From Hemiscyllium ocellatum (taxonomy: Eukaryota), in contig NC_083450.1 in the NCBI RefSeq assembly GCF_020745735.1, positions 10,041,883 through 10,105,882 on the forward strand: DNA of 64,000 nucleotides, in the 5' to 3' direction. The notes below the pieces were generated by a model that saw nothing but the letters and a program-made list of their open reading frames with translations, ran no database searches and was not told where the DNA came from. A program made the translations under genes and the position numbers. Positions 25,230 through 36,514 of this stretch are shown here, piece by piece; the first letter of the stretch is position 1, and the number at the start of each line of letters is the position of its first letter.

Positions 25230-25969
25230 GTGACTATTGTGTAATCGAGACAGTCAGAACTTCTGTTGATAAGATTGGTAAAAGAAAGTTCCATTTCCAG
25301 TTTGCTGATTTCCATGTTCATACCCATGAACAGTTGTCTGTTCTTTGTAAAATGTGCATGGTGGAAAGAAATAATTTAGCTCATTGGGGCAATGTCCGTT
25401 TTGTTATTCCACACAAGTCTCCTTCCGAATACTTTCTTGATAATGCCGTAACAATGTCAGCACATACCTTCTCCCATGTCTGTTTAAGGAATCGCTGTAT
25501 TGATCGCCCCGCACCAGTTTATCATGCACTATCCTACCTCAGAATTTCTTTGAAGTTGAAGTCTCCATATGCTAAACACTATCTGAGAACTAAACAATTA
25601 TCTTTAACCACCCCCCCGCCCCCGAAATCGGAATGATCCGATGATATTGATCCATTAGAGATTGCTTCTGCCTCAGAGGCGAAACGTTATCTTTTCAATT
25701 CTGTTCAGTCAAGTTGTTTCACAGATAAATGACTTCTGTCAGAACTTCAATAGTTTGCTTTATTTCCGAGGTAATAAAAATATCAGACTTTCTGATTGTT
25801 TTCGATCGGCTAAACTGTGCATTTATTATTATTTATGTGACGTTGGCAAGACTGACAAATCCGGAAGTTCAAAATCTTGAGTTGAATTTTTTTGCATCTC
25901 GGTAAGCATTCTACCGATCTTCAGTTACTTATTTGCGGACTTTTAGTGTTGTCACTTTGTCTTCCCCAG

Positions 25970-26073
25970 AGCCTTGCCTTTTAATATTTTATGAAAGTTT
26001 GTTGGTGACGATTATTCTCATTATCTTTACTGTTGCTGCGGTATGGAGCTACTGGAAGCGGAATTTAAGGTAG
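25970..26073 (+). CDS. Transmembrane exon of the VJ receptor gene (open, short tail)
   Basis: Acceptor cttccccag|, phase 1: EPCLLIFYESLLVTIILIIFTVAAVWSYWKRNLR*. An alternative donor ag|gtagga lies at 26070. Confidence 0.72.
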
Positions 26074-26706
26074 GAATTTGTATTGGTGCTATAAACCAAC
26101 ATGATCTACATTCCCGATTGTATATTATTGTGAACTTTGATTTCTTCCCGTTAATTAATCGGACCATTGTTTTTTTAAAACAATATTTTAAAAATGGTTT
26201 TACTTTTAGATCAGGCATCAGGATCACTGATAATGACTGCAGGGGTTCTCCACCACACGATCAAAAGCAGGAGGTAAATTCACAAAAATGTTTATCTCAG
26301 TATATATGCTTCTGAAACAACATTTAAGAGAGTTAGTTAAGTGGCAAAACTGTATTAAGCTCTTCAATGCAAACATTATTAAATTGTACACGTGAAGTTT
26401 TCTGGCAATAAAGACAATGATTTTAGTGACAGTTAATTGTATGCAATTGCACAATGAATCTCATTGAATGATGACAGAGTTGAACTGTTTGTATTCTGAG
26501 TGCAAGTTGTACAGATTAAATAATTATTTCAGTCTGGAAATAGTCGGAGAAATGCTCTCGTGATGATGAAAAGTTTGTACAAAATATATCATGGGTTGAA
26601 AAACGAGACACTCCAGTGTGGACAGAATTATGATGCGATAACACATTAACATGAACGTGAAGTTCATATGTGACACAAATGTTGGAAACCCAAACAAGTA
26701 TTTCTT

Positions 26707-26727
26707 TTATATATATATATGTATGTA

Positions 26728-26762
<35 letters not shown>

Positions 26763-26763
26763 G
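26707..26763. repeat. Compound (TA)n(TG)n(TA)n microsatellite
   Basis: Direct inspection. Confidence 0.95.
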
Positions 26764-26764
26764 T

Positions 26765-29700
26765 CTCCGTTGACTACACCTATGGGAAGTGCACCCAACT
26801 CCAGCTCTTCGAAAACCGTGTTAGAAAACTGGAGCTGGATGAACTTCCGATCATTTCGGAGGCAGATGGGGGTTATTGAGAGGAGTTACAAGGAGGTAGT
26901 CACACCTCAGTTAAAAGAAGAAGGTAAGTGGGTTACTATCAAGGTATGGAAAGGGAACTGGCAGGCAGAGCACGGATCCCCTACGGCCGTTCTCCTCAAC
27001 AACAAGTACACCATTTTGGATACTGTAGGGGGAGGGGCGACTTCCGAGACGTACGAAATGGGGCACAGGTCTCTGGCACAGAGTCTGTCCCTGTTGCTCA
27101 GAAGGGAAGGGAGAAAAGGAGTAGAGCATCACTCACTGGGGACTCCATAGTTAGGGGGATAGACAGGAGATTCTGTGCGAATGAGAGAGACTCACGGTTG
27201 ATATGTTGCTTCCCAGGTATCAACGGTTCGTGATTTTTCTGATCGTGTTTTTGGGATTCTTGAAAAAGAAGGGGTGCAGCCCCAAGTTGTGGTCCACATA
27301 GGCGCCAATGACATAGGTAGAGAGAGAGAGAGATAAGGATTTAATGCAGAAATTCAGGGAGCAAGGGTCGAACCTTACAGTTAGAACAAACAGAGTTATT
27401 ATCTCTGATTTGTTGCCCGTGCCACGTGCTAATGTAGTGAGGAACAGGGAGAGAGAGGAGTTGAACGCCTGGCTGCAGGGGTCATGCAGGAGGGACTGTT
27501 TTGAGTTTCTGGATAATTGGAAATTCTCATATCCCCTCCTGGCTCTTCTTAGCTTTCTCTTTAGGTCTTTTCCAGCTAACTTGTAACTCTCAAACGCACT
27601 AATTGAGCCATGACATCTCATCCTAACATAAGCGTTCTTCTTCCTTTTGACAAGAGATGCAACTTCCTTAGTAGGTCACAGCTCCCACGCTCGACAACTT
27701 CTTCCCTACCTGACTGGTACTTATCAAGGACCCGCAGTAGCTTCTCATAGATTAAGCTCCACATTTCAATTGTACCCATCCTCTGCAGTTTCCTTCACTG
27801 TCCTGTGCATTCTAAATCTTGACTAATCGCATTGTAATTGCCTTCTCCCGCCCCCCCCCCCCTCCAGTGATAACTCTTGCCACGTGGCATATACCTACCA
27901 GTTTCTATCTTTGAAGTAAACAAAGTCGAATTGTGGTCAGTATCACCAACGTGCTCACCTATCTCCAAATCTAACACCAGGCCGTGTTCATTACCCAATA
28001 CATAATCTAATGTGGCCTCGCCCCTTGTTGGCCTGTCTACATACTGTGTCAGGAACCAGTCCTGCACACCTTAGACAAAAGCTGACCCATTTAAAATATT
28101 TGAAATGTGGTATCCCCTGTCAATATTTGGGAAGTTAAAGACCCCATAACAACTATCTTGTCACTCTCGCTGCTATCGAGGAATATCTTTGCTATCCTAT
28201 CCTCTGCATCTCTGGACGTATTTACAGGCCTCTGGAAAACTTCAAACAGGGTATCCTTCCGTTGCCTGTTTCGAATCTCAGTCCATACTATCTCAGTCAA
28301 GAAGCCCTCAAGCGTCAGTTCTTCAACCAAAACACTGTCATTGACTAACAGTATCATACCACCCCCTCTTTACCATTTGCTTGGTTCTTACTGAAACATC
28401 TAAATCTCACAACCTACAATAACCATTTCTGGCCCTGCTCTACCCATGTACATGAAATGGCCGCGACATCGGAATCCCAGGACACATGCCACAAGTTCAC
28501 CCAACTTACTCCAAATATTCCTAGCATTGTAGGAAACACACGCCAAACCAACGTCTTGCCGTCTTGAAATCTTAGTTCTGACATCACTACTCTGATCCTG
28601 CTGTATCCACGAACTACAGTTTTGGTTCCCATCCCCCTGCTGAATTCGCTTACATCTACTCCAAAAGCCTTAACAAATTCCACTCGTCCAGGATATTGGT
28701 ACTCCTCTGGTTCAGGTGAAGCCCATCCTGTTTGTTGAGGTGCCACTTAATCCAGAGAGAGCCGGACACGATCAAGGAAAATCCCAAGGCTTGTACTGCT
28801 ACATCAGGAATACAAGAACGATGAGAGTAAGATTGGGGCCAATCAACATAGTAGTGGGAAGTTGTGCGTTGAGTCAGAGGACTTGGGGAAGAGCTAAATG
28901 AATACTTTTCTTCAGTATTCACACGAGAAAAAGACAATGTAGTCGAGCAGTATACTGAGATACAGACTACTAGACTAGATGCGATTGAATTTCGTAAAGA
29001 GAAGGTGTTAGGAATTCTGGAAAGTGTAAAAATACATAAGACCCCAGAACCGGATAGGATTTATTCTAGGATCCTCTGGGAAGCCAGAGAGGAGATTGCC
29101 GAGTCTTTGGCTTTGATCTTTATGTCATCACTGTCTATATGAATAGTGCCAGAAGACTGGCAGATTGCAAAAGCTTTTCCTTTGTTCAATAAAGGGAGGA
29201 GGGACAACCCTAGAAATTATAGACCTGTGAGCCTTACGTTGGTTGAGGGTAAAGTATTGGAAACGGTATAAAAGACAGATTTATAATCATCTAGAGGGGA
29301 ACGTGTTGATTAGGATTAGTCAACATGGTTTTGTGAAGGGTAGGTCGTGCATCCCAACTTTGTTGAGTTTTTTGAGAAGGTGACCAAACAGGTGGATGAG
29401 GGTAAAGCAGTTGACGTGATGTATATGGATTTCAGTTAGCCTTTTGATGAGGTTCCCCACGGTTACGCTATTGCACAAAACACAGAGGCATGTGATGAAA
29501 TGTGATTTAATGGTTTGTATCAGAAATTGGCTAGCTGAAAGAAAACAGAAGGTGGTGGGTATTGGAAAATATTTATCCTGGAGTTCAGTTACTAATGGGT
29601 TACCGCAAGGTTCTGTTCTGGGTCCACTGTTGTTTATCATTTATATAAATCACCCTGATGATGGCATAGAAGGATGGATCAATAAATTTGCGAATGTTGA

Positions 29701-30930
29701 GGTGGCTCAGTGGTTGGCACTTCTGCTTGACTTCTGCTTGGCAGCACCAGGGTCCCATGTTTGATGCCAGACTCGAACGTCTGTCTGTGTGGAGTTTGCA
29801 CGTTTTCCCCGTGTCTGCATGGGTTTCCTCCGGGTGCTCTGATTTTCTCCCACAGTCGAAAGATGTGCAGGTCAGGTGAGTTGGCGATGCTAAATTGTCC
29901 AGAGTGTCGGGTACATTAGTCAGAGGGAAATGCGTCTTGGTGGGTTACTCTTTGGAGTGTCAATGTGTACTTGTTGGACTGAAGAGCCTGTTCCACACTG
30001 AACGGAATCTAATCTAATCAGACGCTAAGGTTAGAGTTATGGATAATGATGAATTTTGTTGTCGGTTATAGAGAGTCATAGAGAAGCTGCAGAGCTGGAC
30101 TGAGCAGCGGCAAATGGAGTTTAATGTGGAAACATATGAGGTGATTCACTTTGGAAGGAGTAACAGGAGGACAGAGCACTGGGCGAAATTGTAAGATTCT
30201 TGGTAGTGGAGATGAGCAGAGACATCTTGGTGCCCAGGTGCATAGATACATGAAAGTTGCCACTCAGGTTGATAGGATTGTTAAGAAGGCATATGGTCTG
30301 TTAACTTTTATTGGTAGAGGGATTGATTTTCGGAACTATGAGATCGTGCTCCAGCTGTACAAAACTCTGGTGCTGCCATGCTTGGAGTATTGCCTGCAGT
30401 TCTGCTCAACACATTATGGGAAGAATGTGGAGGCTTTGGAAAGGGTTCAGATGAGATTTACTGGAATGTTGGCTGATATGGAAGGACGGTCTGATGAGGA
30501 AAGACTGAGGGACTTGAGGCTGTACTCGCCGGCAGGGCTCGGGGGGCGGGGTGAGATCAAGAAGTTTGAGAGGTGACTTAATAAAGACATACAAGATAAT
30601 CAGAGGGTGAGAAGGTCGGACAGTGAAAGCCTTTTTTCTCGGATGGTGATGGCTACCACGAAGGGACATAGCTTTAAATTGAGGGGTGATAGATTTGAGG
30701 AGATGTCAGAGGGAGTTTTCTTTTTATCCAGAGAGTAGTCGGGGCTTGGAACGCACTGCCTGCAACAGGAGTAGACTCGCCAACTTCAAGGGCATATAAG
30801 TAGTCATTTGATAGACATATGGACGAGAATGGAATAGTGTAGGTTAGGTGGGCTTCAGAATTTTTTCACAGTTTGGTGTAACATCGAGGGCCGGAGGGCA
30901 TGTATGACGCTGTAATGTTCTATGTTCAAT
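26765..30930 (+). mobile_element. Near full-length CR1/HER1 LINE with internal inversion (~27515-28760) and a SINE insertion
   Basis: ORF1 esterase (GDSIVRGIDRRFC; VVVHIG.NDIG) on plus 26770-27510; ORF1 end and APE endonuclease on minus 27515-28760; RT on plus 28770-30860; 3' tail 30880-30930. Confidence 0.88.
29696..30020 (+). mobile_element. HE1-type SINE nested in the CR1 RT
   Basis: tRNA-like head gtggctcagtggttggcac, V-domain, ccacactg..aatctaatctaatc tail. Splits the RT at KFA|D. Confidence 0.9.
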
Positions 30931-32018
30931 GTCTTTGTTTTATATAATTTTGGATACTCACATGGAAACCATTGTGACTAACTATCAGCTATATAGGTCC
31001 AATTGTTGAATGGCGATGCACTTCATGACTATGGTTCCTCATTTATTCCACAGGTTCTCTATGCCCGGTTGGCGTTCACTGTAGATCATACAGTGTGATG
31101 GAACAGAAACAAGCATTCATCAGTTCTTTTTTTCTCACTCCATGGGACGCCAATTAGAAATATTTGTTCACTGATCAGTACAAAAACATTTCCTTGATTT
31201 TGCACCATGCCTGTTTGTTTTAAGGATCGTTGGCATGAAGTCGGAAATTTCCTCCAAAAGAGCAACTGGCAGAATGAAACCGCAAGAGAAAAATGTTCCA
31301 CCAAATGTAGGTTTTACCGTCACATGATACTGATTTTTAAAATAATGTATTAAAAATCCGAAGAGAGAATAATCTAACAACGACTGTCAACTTTATGATT
31401 TTTGTTTTTATTCTATAACTGACATAGGCGTCACTTTTAAGGGTGACTAATATGATGAACCATGATTTTGTTTCTGCAGATTAAATTGTCTACCATGTTT
31501 ACACATTACAGATCTCGTCGTCATTGTACAATGAAAGTATAATTTATTGGGGGTGTTCAGGATTATTGAAACACAGGAGTAGCATTCAAAGGATTCTAAT
31601 TCATTTTTTACGGCAAAACAGCCTGTGGGTATTGATAGGAAAATGCAGGTTGATGTATTCCCTTGTTTTTGCTGGCTTCATTCTTTTGAAATTAATCATG
31701 TTTTGGTAACTTCTCTGGAATTATCTTGGCAAGATTTTGGAGTGCATCCTTTTAGATGCATTGCTGAAATTTCGCTACAATGATGAAGGAATGTTGATCA
31801 AACGACCTGTATTTTCTTTACTATTGTTGAGCACCTTGTTATAAGAGCTGTGCTCAACGAATTAAGAAGAGATCATTCCCCTGTCGTCCAGAAATATAAC
31901 TTACATACTTTGAAATGACTTCGGGCAGGAAGAAAGTGACAGGATGGCCACTATTCAGATTATCAAAACCATTGTTTAGGACCTCATGAAAGTTGAACTA
32001 TGAGTAGAACACTACTAA

Positions 32019-32237
32019 AGCTGAAAATGTGTTGCTGGTTAAAGCGCAGCAGGTCAGGCAGCATCCAAGGACCAGGGAATTCCGTTTCGGGCACAAGCCC
32101 TTCATCAGGATTCCTGATGAAGGGCTTGTGCCCGAAACGGAATTTCCTGGTCCTTGGATGCTGCTTGACCTGCTGCGCTTTAACCAGCAACACATTTTCA
32201 GCTCAGATCTCCAGCATCTGCAGACCTCACTTTTTAC
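32019..32237. mobile_element. Palindromic PLE-B hammerhead mini-element with 17-bp TSD
   Basis: ~92-bp inverted arms 32019-32110 / 32112-32203 (2 mismatches, 1-nt loop). Flanked by tagaacact(a/g)ctaaagc at 32005-32021 and 32238-32254. Confidence 0.92.
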
Positions 32238-32719
32238 TAGAACACTGCTAAAGCCTTGCAGACATGCTGTTGTCAGCGACGACTGGTCTCAAACAATTAC
32301 AACAATATTCCATAGTTTTTGATGTGAAACCAGTCTCTCGACTTTATTCTGCTCGATTCCTCCCATTACAAATTTATTATATTTCCTCAATACCACATTA
32401 CCCCAAAACGGCTGTGATGAGAAATCTGCCAATTTGCCCCTTGCAGCTGGAATTCGGCTTTGCCTTAAACCTATGTTTTACTGGTGCAATAGCTTACGAT
32501 TGTTCATGGCAGTAGGTAATCAAAGCATCTGCAGTAGGTGTCTCAACATGAAGTTCAGAACACCACCCATCTCTTTGTTGATCGTTGAGAGTGGGCAGAC
32601 GGGTAGTCATTGGCATGTTGGATTTGTTGTGCTATTTGAACACAGGAGATACATCACTGCTTAAATGCTATGCAAATGTTGGAAGAGGTGAAGCATCATT
32701 CTTCCAACATTGAAACTGA

Positions 32720-33860
32720 ACCATCGTGTTGCAGTGTTTTAAAAATTCAGGTAATTCATGGAATGTATGTGTCTTTGGCTGGCCAACTTTTATTTACCTG
32801 TCCTTAGTTGCCCTTGACCAAGTTGATGTATGCTATTTTTCTTGAATTTCTGCAGTCCACATGGTATAGGTTGACCTTTCAAGGATAGAAGGGAATTATC
32901 GGATTTTAACTGAGCAACAGTGAAGGAACGGTCATGCTTTCCCAAATAAGGATGATGTGTGGCTTGGAGGGGAACGTGCAGGTGGTATTGTTCCTATCTA
33001 TCCGCTGCCATTATCTTTCCGGGGGTAGATGTGGCAGCCCATGGACCTTTGGTGAACTTCTGGAGTGTAACTTGTAGATAATAGAAATTGCTATGATTAA
33101 GCACTGGTGGTGGAAGGAGTGCATTTTTGTGGATATGTTGCCAATCAAGTAGATTGCTTTTCCCTGGTTGGAATCAAGCGTCTTGAGATCTGGTTGAAGC
33201 TGAACACATTCAGGCAAGTGGAAAATATTCCATCACACTCTTGACTTGTGCCTTGTAGATGAACGATAGGCTTTGGGGTGTCAGGAAGTAAGTTGCTTGT
33301 TGCATTATTCCCAGTCTTGACCTGCTGTTGTAGTCATTGTGTTTATATGATCAGTGCGTTTCTGGTCCATGGCAATCCAAGGATGCTGAAAGTGGGATAT
33401 TCAGCATTTGTAAAATCGTTGAATGCCAGTGGGCGGTAGTTAGATGCAGATGGTCATTTCGTTGCATTTGTGTGGTGTTGATGTTGCTTGCTACTTGCTA
33501 GTTAAAACCTAGACATTGCTCAGACCCTGCTGCAATTTAACTTGGACCATTTTAGAATCTGATCATTCGCAAATTGTGCTGAATTTTGTGCAATCATCAG
33601 AGAACATCTCCATTTTTGACCTTGTTATGTAGAGAACGTCACGCTGAAGCGGCTGTAGATGTTCTGATGGAGAGCACCATCATGCAGATCTCCTGCGAGA
33701 TGGCATGACTGATGTACAACAATGACGAATAACTTTCTATATACAAGGTATGACTCTAACCAGTGGAGAATTTGCCCTCTAATTCTCATTGATTCCAGTT
33801 TTGCTGGAGCTCATTGATGCCAGATTTGTTTGATGTGACCTTGACGTCAAGGGCTGTCTG
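32720..33860 (-). mobile_element. Old degenerate non-LTR retrotransposon RT C-terminus (CR1/L2-group, clade unsure)
   Basis: ORF 33011-33217 (LKTLDSNQGKAIYLIG..HSFHHQC..IYKLH) resembles LINE ORF2 C-termini. Confidence 0.5.
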
Positions 33861-34354
33861 CCAGCACATTTCTTTAACTGTGGAATCTTGTCCAAGCCCA
33901 CCCCAATTTTCCACCGTGTCAGAGGATGTGCAGGCCAGGGGGATTAACTATGGAAATTGCGGGATTGCAGCCATAGGATAGCGCGTGAATCTGCATGGGC
34001 AGATCTTTGAAGGGCACTGCGGACTCAATAGGTCGAGTGGCCTACTTACACATTATGGGGAACTATGAAATATTGAAAATTGTGTCATCTAGCTATCTCA
34101 CTATTTAATGTGAATAAAGTGTATTCCCCACAAGGCAATGGAACATACGACATAACCCAAGCCAACACAACTCTGCAATAGGAACTTACTTAATATTTGC
34201 ATTTGAAGTTACAAATCAAGATTTTGCTTAATGCGAGACATCAAAGGATGTTGAATCATTCGTCCCCGTGGTCAAATTTAGGCATTTGATCAATGGGTGG
34301 TTTCTTAGTATAGATTACATTATTATTATCGATGCATCTTTCAACACCGTGGGG

Positions 34355-34672
34355 CAGCCCTGTCGCTCAATGTTCAGCACTGCCATCTCACAGCGCCAGG
34401 CTCCCAGGTTCTATTCCAGCCTCAGTCGACTGTCCATGTGGAGTCTGTACATTCTCCCCACATCTGTGTGGGTGTCCTCTGTGTGCTCTGGTTTCCTCCC
34501 ACAGTACAAAGATGTGCAAGTCAGGTGAATTGGCCATGTTAAATTGCCCATTGTGATAGGTGCATTCATCAGAGGGAAATGGGTCTGCGTGGGTTACTCT
34601 TCAGAGGGCCGGTGTGGACTGGTTGGGCTGAGGGGCCTGTTTCCACACTATCAGGCATCTAATCTGATCTAA
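34355..34672 (+). mobile_element. HE1-type SINE
   Basis: Head, V-domain and tail colinear with 56177-56487. Confidence 0.9.
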
Positions 34673-35651
34673 CACTGTGACACGCTCTTAGAATGGTGAC
34701 AATTAGAAATATTTGATGAGTAGGGAAATTATGTGACACAGGGTGCAAGTGAAACGGGGTCCTGACAGCCATCTCAGTTAGAGTAGACCATTTCAGCGTA
34801 ATGTCACATGAGATTATGGCAAATATCTCATAACAAGGCGGGGTGGGGCGGGGCGAGAGATCAGCAGAAGTGTTGTATCACTGTTGAGCTGACACAGGGC
34901 TCATGGTGAAGGTGGTCGAATAAAGAAAGACTCTGTCACTGATATGTTTTTACGCTATTTATTCTATTCAAAATGGAGCTCGATTGTGATGCCATTTGTA
35001 GCTTGTCACTGTAATTTACTGTATTATTCACAGTACAGTTCAAGTGATCCCAAATCATTCAAATTTAATTATAATATTCAGATGGCCACACTTTGTGCAG
35101 CAAATAAAATATAAAATGAGGAAAGTACAGGCTAATCTCTGCTTCACCTGGATGATGTGTCTGGCAGTTTGGATTGCGAGGAGGGAGGAAGGAAATGGAT
35201 AGGTATTACACACACAACCCATACATTGGACTTTTACATAACATAGCTGCAATCATAAACAATCACTGTTGTTTATTGCCAGCGATTAATGTTTCCACTT
35301 AGCAGCTATTCATTGTACAAGGTTGACCTTTACCCATTCAATTTTCTGTGCAATGGTTTTCCTGTCTCTCTGGGCTCCATCTCCACCGAGTGTTTAGTCC
35401 CCCCTAGCTCAGCCCATCTTCAGCATGTATGCCAACACTTTGCCAGCTACAATTGGTTCTAAAGAAAGATCTCTGACATGAAATGCTTCTGTGCGTTGCA
35501 TCCACAGATCCAGCCATAACTACTTTGTTTCTACAGCAATTTCTGTTTTTCATTCTGTATTCTATGATGTGTGATTGTTGTGTTGTTAACGTCCCAATTT
35601 TAAGTGTGACATGACGGAGAGAAAGAAGTACAAGTTTCTTTCCTGATAATC

Positions 35652-35948
35652 GTGGGCGTCATGGTGGCACAGTGGGCGGCATGGTGGCACAGTGGTTAGC
35701 ACTGCTGCCTCAGAGCGCCAGAGACCCGGGTTCAATTCCCACCTCAGGAGACTGACAGGGTGGAGTTTGCACATTCTCCCCGTGTCTGTGCGGGTTTCCT
35801 GCGGATGCTCCGGTTTCCTCCCACAGTCCAAAAACGTGCCGGTTTGGTGAATTGGCCATGCTAAATTGCCCGTAGTGTTCGGTGTAGGGGAATGTGTCGG
35901 TTGGGCCGAAGGACCTGTTTCCACACTGTAAGCAATCTAATCTAATCT
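35652..35948 (+). mobile_element. HE1-type SINE with 20-bp tandem duplication of its 5' end
   Basis: gtgggcg(t/g)catggtggcaca occurs twice (35652-35691); (aatct)n tail. Confidence 0.92.
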
Positions 35949-36514
35949 CTTGAGTGCTCCTCCACAGGCATCATTGACCTATCTACTTCTATGCTGATGA
36001 GGTAAATCTAAACAGTATATGAATGTTTAAAAGAACATACACATCCTTAGTTTCAATCTCTCCTTTGTTGGTGCCCTCCTTAAAATTATAAGTGTATAAG
36101 TAAGTATTTACTATGTACAGACTTAGACGAGAATTATATTCTAGCCTGCCTCGTATTTCATAAGTTTGGCTCCAGCATAGCTATAACATTCTGCACTATC
36201 TCATCTATTATTATTTGTTTAATATTTTGGGGAATAGGGCATCTATTGAGATAGAGGGGTAGAAGAATCTCAGGGAATAACAGGGAACGGTGTTGGGGGC
36301 ATAAAACCTGGAGTTTTTGAAAATTTAGTCAGAGAGTAATTGCCACCAAACAGCAGAGCAACTGGCGTTGAGTCGAAGAGCTAGCTGCCTATCTAAAATC
36401 TTGCTATCAAAGAAGTTGAAAAACACTCTTTATCAAAAGCTATGTAAGATGTACTTGCAGCATAAAGAAAGAAGATTCAGAGAGATCAGCAGATGTATGA
36501 TTGGGAACAGTGTA

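Noticed and set aside
31055-31320. Acceptor followed by GSLCPVGV.., possible decayed V exon
   Set aside because: No Trp or YYC motif; too weak
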